Shown piece after piece: positions 51,807-64,000 of a stretch of 64,000 nucleotides of DNA (within the stretch, counting starts at the first letter, position 1; each line of letters starts with the position of its first letter). Below the pieces are notes generated by a model that saw nothing but the letters and a program-made list of their open reading frames with translations, did no database searches and was not told where the DNA came from. The position numbers and the translations under genes are program-made. Source of the DNA: Lingula anatina (taxonomy: Eukaryota > Animalia > Brachiopoda); assembly GCA_051362555.1 (NCBI GenBank), contig CM120643.1:21952848-22016847 (forward strand), read 5' to 3'.

Positions 51807-54800
51807 ATGTACAGAGGAGAACCTGTTGGTCCATTGGGTACAAGGTATCACAAAAGACCGGGGTACGTTGGCGCCGCAAAACTCGGCGACCCCCGCGAAG
51901 TATTAAGAACGAATATAAGGACACAGTACGGAGCCTTGGCACGGACGAGGCTAAATGAAAACGAACGGCGAAACGCGGAGAATGTTCATGACAGTGACGA
52001 TGACACGGATGAGGATGAGAATGAAGGCATTAAACGCGTACCCTCAAACGCGAGCCTGGCCAGCGTGGATCAACAGAAAAATGACCCTGGGAATAGAGGG
52101 TCCTTACGGTCTCTGGAAGGACTCACTGACGATGAATTAGGCGATATGAGGTCGTCTAATTTGCCGTTAAATCCGGCTGAGATACGAAGGAATTTATCAA
52201 AAAGGCGAGCCAAAAAGAAGACCATGCAGATGACTATTTATGCTATTGTATTTTTCAATTGGCTTGCATACCAGGCTCTTTTTGTCAACTCCATGGATTT
52301 TACAGAAGATTCCTCCGTCGTCTTATTCACGGACAGGGCTGCAGGAGCGTTAAAGGATTCATACGCTAGTAAGTGTTCGTGGAGCACAAACATACACTTC
52401 GAATTCGCAAGCCAACTACACAGGCAATTTTGTTTCTGGAAATACACTCTTTTTTTATAAATGTCTCCATTCAGATAGGCCCCTAATGTTGAAAATAATT
52501 CCACACTTAGCAACAACGCTATTGTATTTTCCTTGATGCACTGTTTATTTTTTGTTTTCCTTTTTAAAATAAAGCAGAAGCTTCTATGTGGGTTAGGGCT
52601 ACAATTAAAATATTTTCTGTCATTGTGCGTAAAACAGTAAACCATATAGTGAGGAAACAATAATTTGTTCTTTTAACAATAGCACGATAATACCTAAATA
52701 AGACAGACACAACTTTTTACCACAATGTTCAGGCTTAACCTGTCTTCTGGCTGTATTTGGAGGTGCCCTGGCTGATTCGATGCTAGGCAACGTTAATGTC
52801 CTTCTGGCGGGAAATGTTTTGAGCCTTATAGGTAAGAAATTAAAATGAACAGTGAGAATAATTTTGATAGGCAACAGTTAATGTACAACTTCGAAGTAAG
52901 CTGTTAAAAGAAAACCCTTATATTCACATAAGCTGTACGACAGGTAATATTTTGATGTTGATTTTCACATTAATGTGCTCTAGCTTTGTCAACATTTTAA
53001 TTGTATTATTATTATTATTATTAAGCAAGTCTGTGAGTATCTGTTTCTTTGGCTGTTTTCAGTTTGCCATCGTTTCAATTTTAGGTTGTATAATTGTCTT
53101 AGTGTTGGCCTGTTTACCGAGAGAGGTAATGGAATTTATCATTATACAAACAAAAATATTTTATCACAATTATTAATTTTTATTGTTACTTTCAATGTCA
53201 AGTCGTCTTGAGATAGGTTTTGATAACCAATGTGTACTAGTACAAGAATCAAGAATTGAGCGCCCCAATGTAGTTTTAGGCAAAATATGAGTTTCTTTTA
53301 GCTGTGAATGTTGCTAAGAAAAAGCATTGAAAACATCAAAAACATATAATTTATATTGAAATGCGCAACGACAGTTTGACATTGTTGCTAGGTAGATACC
53401 TTTGAAAATAATTTCTCTGCATTCGACTATATATCATAACGAAATAAATACATGCATAATACAACACGCTTCAGATACATGGCGGAGATCAGTATATATC
53501 TGTGAGAAATGCCACCTTCATCACTGCAGTGTGTTTAGTTGGGGACGGCCTTGGCGTTCAGAGATCCATTCTGTTTTCCATAGGCCCCAACCAGCGGCGG
53601 AATCACCAGACGAAACGTGACATCATAAACTGGTAGGTTATTTGTATGACGCTCAGTTGGTCTTAAAATTAGCCTAAGAATAGCGCAGCAAGTGATGATA
53701 TCGAGTGGTGACTGTCGGACTTTTGAGAATTTGAAAAAAAAAAAAAAACGCCATAAAGTACACGAGTCTCAGCGAGTGACGCCAGAAGCAAGGAACTAAT
53801 TTATGTAAGTTGGCGAAGATAGAATCTATAGTTTTTGCCATAAGGTTACCATTTTCTTCTTTGAATTTAGGTTATAATTAAATTAGATTTAAAACTCGGT
53901 GTTCTTTAATCATTTTTTTACTTTTTTGTTATGTTGAAATTAGGTATAATCACTGTTCTTAAAACATTTTAAACTTTTTTTGTTAACTTAGGACATACTT
54001 TTTAGTAAACCTGGCCTGTCTGATACCATTTCTGTTAAAAGATGTGTTGGACGTAGTTACATGTAATAAGCAGCTGGACACCTTGTACTGGTGCATAAGC
54101 TTTTCCCCAGCAACTGTTCTTCTTGCCGTTAACCTACTTTTACTGACCTACAGGCGAAAAGGGTTTAAAAAAGACAAGAGCAAAGGTACGTTTTGACCTT
54201 TCTTTTAACTTTCAATTTCAATGCCGCAAACATGCGAGTTTTGGAAACTACTCGGGCACATCGTTCAGAAGCTGTGGTTGACTTAGCGTCTTTTCATTGG
54301 GAATTGGTGTACTTGAATTGTCGAGAAAAGGCACGTGCTTTGGGCGCCTTTTAAGGGGGCGTCACTGTGAGTATTTTATAGTGAAGCTGGTTTTAAAAAA
54401 GCGTTTCGGGTGCTTACACGGGGGGAGGGGGGTGTTAGAGCTTGCCATACTTTAGACGCTATGTTTTGCAAATACGTCCCTCCATCTTCATAATTATTAC
54501 AGAAAAAGACAAGTCAAACCTTGTAAAAGTTGCGCAGACTATCTACTCTAGTTCGATCCGGGGATCTTTGACGAATGGAGGTAGCACAGCGAACCAGAGA
54601 GGCGCCACCAGACCGTATAGGCCTCTGAAGAAGCAGGAGCAGATAATAGAGGAAAAACGTAACCTAACAAGGTCGTTCATAAAGCTTGTGACAGTGCTGC
54701 CTTGTATTTTACTGGTGCCTATGGTGTACAACGAGGTAAACCGTCTCTTTTCTTTTTCTTTTTTTGCGTCACTATTACAAAATTGACATTAATCACATAA

Positions 54801-56564
54801 AGCAAATTGTTTGTATTTCTTTACTTGAATCGTATAATTTAATTAGCAAAATTATTATCAAAGTAATTCTGAGGATTAGCCATATTTTAATATAAAAAAA
54901 GGAATCAAACAATGCCTGCATTAACAAGAACAAACTATAATTTTAAACCGAATGCAGAACACCATGAACACAAACTAATTTCCGTAACGTGGTATTTTTC
55001 GCACTTTCACAGGCGATGTATGTGTTTGAAAAGCAGGCCAAATGCATGACTGGGCTCACGATAAGGAACCGCATGGTTCCCTTTGGTTGGTACATACAGT
55101 ACGGTATAAGCGTAGTCTTCATCCCGGTGTTCAACTGTGTTGTATATCCATATACTCATAAAAGATACGGGCCGTCACCAATCGCAAGACTGAGTAGGTG
55201 CATAGCAGAGTTGTTGCTGCCTTTTTAATTGTTTTAAGATAATTTTTATAAAGATAAAGTGACATGTTTAACCATGTTTAACACCAAAAAGGGGCATGAT
55301 CAAAGAGCATGGGCAAATGTATTTTGTATCACCATTGTCTTGCTTGTGTGTATAATTTACGATACATTTGATCATTACAAAAATTTTAACGCTTATAATT
55401 GTGTACACAATTCTCCCAAAGGTTGTTAACTCTTTCTCTCTCTCTCTCTCTCTCTCTCATATACACATGCACGCGTGCGCGCTCATTCGCTCACGCACAC
55501 AGATGTGATATCTCATATGCAATTTCTCCTACTTTGTACATTACAGCCTTTGGGAGCGTGCTGTTTATATTGGCGATACTGGTGGCCATCTTCGTTGAAT
55601 CTGCTTTGGACGAGGCAGGCTGTGGGAGAGTTAGTGCGGCGCAACTCATCCCACAGTGGACGTTACTTGGGTTCGGAGCATTATTTATTTTCCCCACGGG
55701 TAAGATAGAACAGGGACGAAAGAAAATTACAACGTGGGGTTTGATACGAGGATTAGATTCAACATTCAGACTAGAGGGCATCTACTATATTAGAAGAACA
55801 TAAGATTGTTGTTAACTAAGAAAGGAGTTTTTTGATGACAAGTGTAAATTCTAGTACAGTTGTAAAAAATAAGTTACAAACAATCATTTCAGGTGTGGAG
55901 TTTGCCTACATGGAGTCTCCAGACGGCCTAAAAAGCACAATTGTCGGCTTTGTGTGGACCACATATGGAATTGGTCTCATTGTTGGGCAGGCGATGTTGA
56001 AATTTGTACATAAAAAATTTCGAGGTATAGATGAACGCGTTTTCACACTTTCCCGACAATTTGATTTGGTTCTCTGATTATGAAATCTTTGAAAGCACAG
56101 AGTTACAACAATGTTTTAACGCCAGGGGAGGGAAAGAAGAATGAGGATAAAGTAGATAATGTCTTTTAACCTGATCTGGTGTAATTGTATATTGATTATC
56201 CATGTCTGCCCCCCCTCCACCTTTAAGTTTGATCTTCCATGCAGTAAAATCACAATTTTTACGAACCTGACGCCATTTGACTCGTTTTTGTCTACTTCCC
56301 ATCATTGTTATTAATATTTGTGAGCGAATTTGCACTCGGTATCATCATATGCATATAACACTATTTTTTCTATTTCTAGACGAGGCCTGCAAGTCAAAGG
56401 ACGGATGTTCAAATCAACTGCCCCCTCTCGTCGCTCTTCTCATATTTCTAGTGGTCGGACACGTGATCTTCATCGCGGGTGTGTACTTTTATAAGCAGCC
56501 ACCCCCCAGGTCCCAGGACAGATCTTTGAACCAGAACGACAGCCGAGAGTCGCGACGGCGTTAG
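51807..56564 (+). CDS. SLC15/POT family transporter, divergent gene 2
   Basis: Exons ~51807-52368, 52733-52831, ~53083-53126, ~53475-53612, ~53944-54185, 54502-54735, 55013-55193, 55547-55699, 55883-56025, 56380-56564. Motifs FGGALADSMLG, LIPQWTLLGFG, GVEFAYMESP. Intron positions parallel gene 1. Start codon and middle exons approximate. Confidence 0.75.
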
Positions 56565-57451
56565 ACATCCAGTGTCCAATGTGATAGAGATTATAATTGC
56601 ACATGTACATGTATTTTCCAATTAGGCAAAGCTGAGCTAAGGAACGACTGAATTTTCCACGTTGCCTTAAACAGTTTCCTGGCATAGCCGCGTTCGAAGA
56701 TAATACTCATGGGTTATTATTATATTAGGAAGTAACATAATTAAATTTTGGGTTTAAACAAGAATAATCGGTTTTATTTTTTCTTCCAGTTTGATTCCAA
56801 TTCAAAGGTCTGTAATTATTAAGTTTGATGTAGAAAAAAATCACTTTTAATGCCTTTGTGGCAACGACCATCATAAACTCATATGAAAAGAACAAATAAA
56901 GGATATTCAGGTACCGTGTATACCGCGGAAAAATCGGATAGAACCTTTCTCCTTAAAATATAAAGGAAAAAATAAAGAAATAGTTATGGGCCACCAACTT
57001 TCTTTTTATTCTTTTAGTCTATATTAACAGACCATTTTCACCGATTTTGCCCGTTTTTTTTTTTCTGGACAAAATTTCTTGCATTTTAAGTGTGCATTGC
57101 TTAAAGAATAAGATAAAACTAGAAACCTAGGACAGTAATCGCATGATCTTTACTAAGACTTTATAGAACCATATAGAAAAGCACTCAGAGTTCAAGAGCG
57201 CAACCCTCCGCCAGGGAAAATTGTGGTAGATGAAAATACCGGTACATTCATTGTACGACACATTCATTACCTATATTACGCAATGGTGAAGAATCCTTAT
57301 TTTTACCAATATAAATTTGGTGAATGTTGATCCAGATCACCGCCAAAATCTTAACACTTACAAGTCAGTCAACTCCAGACAAATCCAAAAATATACATCT
57401 ATAACTTTTTGGGTCAAAGTGGTGACGAACGTAAAAGTCATAAGGCAGTAA

Positions 57452-57661
57452 GAGCGCATTCCCAGAGATTTAGATCGATCCAACTAGATCGGCCTAACTC
57501 CCTGGGGGTTCACGGTAGATTGCTGTCTGCCGACCGCGCACGAAAGTTAATTACCCCCTTACAGGTTTTAGTAGGCGGGAAAGTAAGACGGCTAAGCTGA
57601 CAGTAATCTAGTGAGACTCCCCACGGGGATAGATCGAACTAAAATCTGTGGGAATGGGGTC
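57452..57661. mobile_element. Tourist-like MITE
   Basis: Imperfect TIR GAGCGCATTCCCAGAGATTTAGATCGATC / GATCGAACTAAAATCTGTGGGAATGGGGTC with TAA on both sides. Confidence 0.7.
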
Positions 57662-57940
57662 TAAGACAAAAAGAAAGGCAACAAGGAAGACAAAAAGACA
57701 AAAACGGATATAAACAGGTAAAGGTTTAACCGGTAATATCTGATTCAGCATATGCAAGGACTGTCACATGTCCAAAGTAACAAGAAATGGACTACAGCTC
57801 TTAGTGGACTAACATCTCTGTCCGATTACCTTGAGATAAGGAAAGTTTAAACCCTCTCAAATGTAAACACACAGGATAAAGTGACCTGGACAATAAACTT
57901 CAACCCTTTCGTCCATTCGGCGTTTGTTCAGCAGTGAAAC

Positions 57941-60900
57941 ATGGCCTCGCTCACCACAGGTAAAGACAACACCAAAGTGGCAACAAAACAGCGTCCCGCT
58001 GTTTATATTCGTAGATCACGCGCTGACGACCCCGAGTATGGGTTCCCGGACGAATTCATCGAATTGTGTGAAGAACATTTTGACGTTTTATATGCGAAAA
58101 ACATAACCGGTAACCCTGAGCTGGGAAAGAGGGTCGTCGGGGCCTATAACCGAGGTCCTAGTATGCCGATTACAATTGACGAGTTGTGGAAGTTTCCCAA
58201 CTTGAAAATTGTTGTTTGCAGTGGCATTGGCTGGGATCATATTGATGTCCGAGGATTGAATGCACACGGTATTAAAGTGGCAAACAACCCTGGGGTCTCC
58301 AGTAGCGCGGTAGCTGACTTTGGGATAACTCTGATGTTGGCGTCTGCTCGTAGGCTGTTGGAAGGTATGGCGATAAAAAGAGAAACGATGTTCTCAAAGC
58401 CTAACGTGACATAACGCTAGTACCGTTATCAGTAAGTTAGTGGACAGGACACAAGATGTCTGGTTAGGGCCTTACTGAAAGTACATGTATACATATTATG
58501 CATGTACAGAAACATCTGGTCTACTTGGTAAATGTGTTTTGATGTGTGTATTCATTAATTATTCATTAATATGGACAAGTTAATGATGTTTGGTTTCTCC
58601 ATTATGACCTTGTTGGTGTAACATATTCACTTCCGCTTTTTTTATTTTATTTTATTTTTTTGCTACTGTGTTTTGTATAGAAAAGAGCTGAAAGTTGTGA
58701 CGACCACAATCGCGCGGTGACTGCAAAACACTTACATTTATGACATGAACAATTGTATTTATATTGTATTTATATTCCTCCATCCCAGTGCATCACAAAC
58801 TTGCATATTCCCGTTCATAGCAAAAGAGAATGCAACAAAGACTATCGGGTGTTCGTGATTTGGCCAAACAAGGCCGCTTTTATTAAATAAACTCACTATC
58901 CTAATAATTTTAACAATAATAACAATGTGGCAAATTGTTGCCTGCATTAAATGTTATGGCCTTAGGGATAAAAATTAAATATGAAATATTTAATTTTCGT
59001 TTGTGGGGTTGCAAAGAGGCCCCCACCATGTTTTGTGTCTTTACATTTCCGACCTGTTTCACAGGTTGAGTGGCATACTTTTTCATGCCTTATTTTTGTA
59101 ACAATTTTGTCCGCCTCGCTACGTCGAGGTGAGTGGCACGTTTTGTGTCTTTATATTCTGCTCCGCCTCGTCGGAGTGAGCGGCATGTTTTGTGCCTGTT
59201 CTATTCTGCTCTGCTTCGTCGGTTTAAGTGGTAAGTATGTGTATACGGTAAGTGGTAAGTATGCATATATATATATATACTCCCGATCTCAACATCAGTT
59301 TGAGTGTTTATGTTCCAGCCCTCTGCGATTTCCTCTGTGGGGTCTTCCTTGCCCAGTGCGCTTGGGCACCAGTCAAGGTTATGGCCTCTTTGCAACCCCA
59401 CAAACGAAATTTGTGCAAAATTGCTTGAAAATGATAACTTTTGCTGACTTGTCTCATCATTATTTTTAGGATGATGAGTCTTAGTTAATATTTCATATTT
59501 AATTTTTATCCCTAAGGCCATAACATTTAATGCAGGCAACAATTTGCCACATTGTTATTATTGTTAAAATTATTAGGATAGTGAGTTTATTTAATAAAAG
59601 CGGCCTTGTTTGGCCAAATCACGAACACCCGATAGTCTTTGTTGCATTCTCTTTTGCTATGAACGGGAATATGCAAGTTTGTGATGCACTGGGATGGAGG
59701 AGACATAAAGGAAAGTTTGGCGTAGTCAAACGATATTTTATGGCGACAACAATCTCCAGAGCTTATTTACGCACATGCGCATTCTGCACATGCGCAATTC
59801 TACTAGAGGGGTGGTCCCAATTGAGGCACATGTTGCTACTTATACCAGGGGACGTCACTGCCTGACCCATTTTGCGCTCATTCTGTTGTCGCGCACGATA
59901 CGTTGAAGCTACAAGTTATCTCCGACTTTCAACTTAAACCTTCAGTTCAAAAACTGTACTATTCTTGCAATATCCATGTAACATGATCTTGTTTAGTAGA
60001 AGGAAAAAGCTAATAACTATGTGTACTTATCAGTTGTAGTGCCCTAAGCATAAGTGAACCCCAAAATTCAAGATGTGTGAAGGGTGGGGGTTTATAAGAC
60101 AATCGAGATCAGAAGACTTATAAACGGAGTCGTAAATGTGCAACTCAAAGATAATTAATAAATAGTAGGTATAAACGGTAACTTCAGTGATAACTAAAAA
60201 ATTGAATAGGTGATACGCAAGGAGCCTTATAGTGCAGTCGCCGTGACCATTATTAGAGCAAACCAGAAAGTCACGAACAAATGGATTATGTCAACGGCAT
60301 CTGATAAATCAGTAGAGAAAATAACTTACCGCCTTCATGTAGCCTAATAGTCGGCAGATGTACTACGTACAGTGTACATGTACAGCTACTCCCTGCTTGA
60401 ACTTGTACATAATCTTTCGCTGATATAATATGCTGTAAACGTGTTGTAACGGTTCGAAATATCGATGAACTGCTGGAAAGGTCTCATCGAAGGAAAAGCC
60501 GATGAAATTTTTTGAACTGAAGGTTTAAGTTGAAAGTCGGAGATAACTTGTAGCTTCAACGTATCGTGCGCGACAACAGAATGAGCGCAAAATGGGTCAG
60601 GCAGTGACGTCCCCTGGTATAAGTAGCAACATGTGCCTCAATTGGGACCACCCCTCTAGGTAGAATTGCGCATGTGCAGAATGCGCATGTGCGTAAATAA
60701 GCTCTGGAGATTGTTGTCGCCATAAAATATCGTTTGACTACGCCAAACTTTCCTTTAAAACAAATGTATCGAACAAGTAACTAACAAGCTGAATTTATCT
60801 CTTTTTGATAATGTATCCCGAATCCTCATATGGTAAAGTTACTGGGTATAGTTGCCTCCTTTGCTAGAGAGGGGTTACCTCTATATGTACAGGTAACTCA

Positions 60901-62773
60901 CATTCACTAAGTAGACCCGAATACACAATTCCCCTTTTTTAAAAAATCTCTGCATATGTTCAAAATCCATAATTATTGAGAAATCTCTTGAGACATACCG
61001 ACTAGTGTTAAATGGTATGCATGTCACCACAGTCTCTCAGTTTCTCGAACGTGTCTCTGTTTTAGGAGTGCCAGTGGCCATGGGTCCAAAACAGTGTCAG
61101 AAATTCAACGTTAACTGGCTTGGCAATGATGTTTCATTCGCTTCCCTGGGGATAGTCGGGATGGGAGATATCGGTAGCAAGGTGGCAAAGAGAGCAAAGG
61201 CATTCGATATGGAGATATATTATCACAATAGGAATAGAAAGTGAGCGAACTTTAAACACGCTATTCTAGACACATGTACATGTAATCACTATACTGTAAA
61301 GGAAAGTAATTTGCTTATCCTATATTTAGATGATCCAACGGGTTTCGAAAATCGACAATTGCATTACCAAAATACATTCTCCGTCAATTCTGTAGTTTTA
61401 AAGGTGCTTTATCTCGTTATCCGGTTCAGAATGGACAATTTCCCATTTTTTTTTACGTTTTAGCAAAGCAAACAAAGTGAATTCATCTTTTTTATATTAT
61501 TTTATTTTACTTTTAGGCCTGAAGAAGAAGAATCATCTGTCGGTGCAACATATTGTTCAACGCTGGCAGACCTGCTTCCACGTTGCGATTACGTCATGAT
61601 CACGTGTCCCCTTACTTCAGAAACAGAAGGAATGTTCGGAGAAAATGAGTTCAAGTTAATGAAGCCAAGTGCAACAATAGTAAACGTTGCCCGCGGTAAG
61701 TAAAATTATCAGTATTTACCGGTACTTTTCTTTTCTAATTTTTGTCTAGATCTGGCTTTGGTTTTACAAAGCCCTTGGCTGCTTTATTGTCTTGTGGTGA
61801 GAGTATATACAGCATTGGTCAAAAAGGTTGTCCCACCCCCATTTCCATGTACTTTTATTTACAAATGATCACCTCACAGCTGTGAACTGTTAGAAATAGT
61901 GCTTTTTATCACGGATACCGTGTCTAACATGATTAATGGTTAAAACAATACAAAATAGTGGTGAAACTATACATATTTTATACCATTTAGTAAAATTTAT
62001 AAGAGGTACCCCCTCAAATCGACTGTTTCACTGTTACTTCTACAGATGTAAAGAAATGTCTATAAAATTGAAAAGGTGCCATCAAATGTCACCAAATTCA
62101 CACACAATTAGCATTAGGGTGTGCTCGTTAAAGATCACGTGCCTAACAGCGTGTGCGTCTACCGCGTACTGCAATTATCTCCTGTAGACGGCGCGACAAG
62201 GTTACAATTCTTAAACAAGTTTTTATGGGAATTTGTCTTGTGAGTGCCGTAAAATAAAAATGTACAAATAATTATGAATGCATAACCATGTCATATTTTT
62301 TAAATTTTGTTGTGAAGTTTGCAAATGTACGACGTGTCATCCTCTGTACTTTCCGACAACAATGTATAAATGCTGGTATCTCAAGCTAAAGTTGAATTAT
62401 TTTGAGACAGAAATAAATAGACAAATTTGAAAATATAACTTATAGCTGAATTAATCAATTAATTAATTAATAATCACACGAGGCATAATTAAGATAGAAT
62501 AACCTCTCTATTTCTTGATCAGGTGAGATAATCGACCAAGAAGCCCTGTACACTGTCCTGAAGAACAAGATTATCAAAGCAGCTGCATTAGACGTGACGT
62601 ACCCAGAGCCTCTCCCCAGGGACCACCCCCTCCTCACACTGCCAAATATCATCATAGCGCCTCACATGGCGTCTGCCACAGTGGAAACCAGAAAGAGGAT
62701 GCTGCCCCCATTGGTAGAGACAGTCCTAGCTGTTGTCGAAGGAAAGCCTCTGACAAATGAAGTTATACTGTGA
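57941..62773 (+). CDS. D-isomer-specific 2-hydroxyacid dehydrogenase (glyoxylate/hydroxypyruvate reductase-like); 4 exons, ~342 aa
   Basis: Exons 57941-58364, 61066-61240, 61517-61695, 62523-62773 (1029 nt, in frame). Motifs [23 protein letters not shown] (Rossmann), [26 protein letters not shown] (Arg/Glu/His catalytic set). Confidence 0.92.
58777..59700. mobile_element. Foldback/MITE with long inverted arms
   Basis: 58777-59020 is the reverse complement of most of 59384-59700 (left arm has an internal deletion). The same arm sequence occurs at ~25920-26246. Confidence 0.8.
59709..60754. mobile_element. Kolobok-like MITE with ~245-bp near-perfect TIRs
   Basis: AGGAAAGTTTGGCGTAGTC...CTTCAGTTCAAAAA (59709-59953) is inverted at 60509-60754. 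AGG...CCT ends; TTAA on the right, ATAA on the left. Confidence 0.8.
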
Positions 62774-64000
62774 TCACAAGCGTAGGAGACGGGGTCGAGG
62801 GGGGGGGGGAGTATCAAAAAGCTTGGGAAAGGGGATAAGGCCCCTGTCCATTTATATAAGCGAAATGTATACTTAAATTATAAATCGAAGTGGAAGTGTT
62901 CAAGTCCAAGTAAATAATGTTTGTCGATATTCCATCCGTCGGTATTTTTTGACCAAAGGGTTTATACCCCCCCCCCCCAAAAAAAAAAAAAAAAAAAAAG
63001 TAGAATTGTTTTCTACGTGCCCGATGAAATAAAACGCAATATGACAAATGTCATAGCGATAACTGTGAAAATGTATGTAACAACGGACTTGTTACAGGTA
63101 ATAAGAAATAATCAGTGTCAGTGTATTTATGTTTTGAACGTTCGGGGTACAGTAACCTTTCACAGATGAAACAAGTACGAATGCAAATTAAAAATAAATT
63201 CGAATTAGACTTCTGGCAATAACTGAATCTGATATTTTATGCTTGTAAAATGTGTCAACTGTGAAGTATGTTGTTATTATTATTATTATCATCATCGTCA
63301 TCATCATTATTATTATTATTATATTGCTTTTCAAAAACAATACCATTGCAAGCTTTTCAACTTAATTGTAATATCTGACTGAGGTAACGCAGAGAGTTAA
63401 AATGGTTGTTCCATCTACAAAAGTCACAGGGTGGATTTTTTTCATTGGATATTGGATATACATATTTCACTGGTCATTCCTCTGCACTTTGCTGTGAGAA
63501 TTCAGGTCAAAATGGTGTTATATCCCAGCTGACCTCTGGTAGAAAGCACAATGGCTGATTGCGACAGGCTCAACAAACACATTTTGACAATTTGACACAT
63601 TCTTATATTTTAAGAACTTTTAAATTGTATTGTTATCAAGACGAACATGTCTTTATAAACAGGTCATTTCCAACAGCAAGTCAAAATCTACATTGTACGA
63701 CTGGCAACGTGTCAGTTCCGGCACTTACGTTTGAAGGCCCCCTCCCCCATTTTCTTCTCCCTTCTACTGTAGCGCCAGACCCCTTATCAATTATGTCTAC
63801 ATGTAGATGGTGGCTAAACTGCGACAAAAGAAAATGTTCAAATGATTTAAAATTCATTTATTTCTGACACGTGCGTAAAATAACCTTGCCGCTGTGGCTT
63901 AGATATTTAGAATACAAAAGTAGCAATATTTATTTTCATGTCAGAAAGTTTAAAATAATAACATCATCTGAGTAGCTAGTCACATACAAAACCCAAACTG

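Noticed and set aside
58759-59865. Duplicated ORFs MQATICHIV... on opposite strands
   Set aside because: Products of the inverted repeat arms; no recognisable domain.

Overview
AT-rich, intron-rich animal (probably marine invertebrate) genomic DNA; most ORF-track entries are single exons, antisense shadows or noise. Left to right: (1) a degenerate, probably non-autonomous Gypsy-type LTR retrotransposon (626-5289, minus); (2) a tandem array of four intact 7-exon PhyH-family Fe(II)/2-oxoglutarate dioxygenase genes plus one truncated pseudogene (6.3-28.3 kb, plus); (3) an 8-exon minus-strand gene with a C16orf78/DUF4638-like C-terminus (28962-38863), which has a decayed Tc1 transposon in one intron; (4) inside the large first intron of that gene, on the plus strand, three (possibly four) small Pol III-type genes with the sequence and structure hallmarks of Y RNAs/stem-bulge RNAs, the most notable find in the window; (5) two divergent SLC15/POT-family transporter genes separated by a repeat nest containing a THAP-encoding Kolobok-like element; (6) a 4-exon D-2-hydroxyacid dehydrogenase (glyoxylate/hydroxypyruvate reductase-like) gene. 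Several MITEs with clear TIRs and TSDs are scattered throughout. Exon boundaries were read by eye from GT/AG sites and frame continuity; family assignments come from recalled motifs, not database searches.
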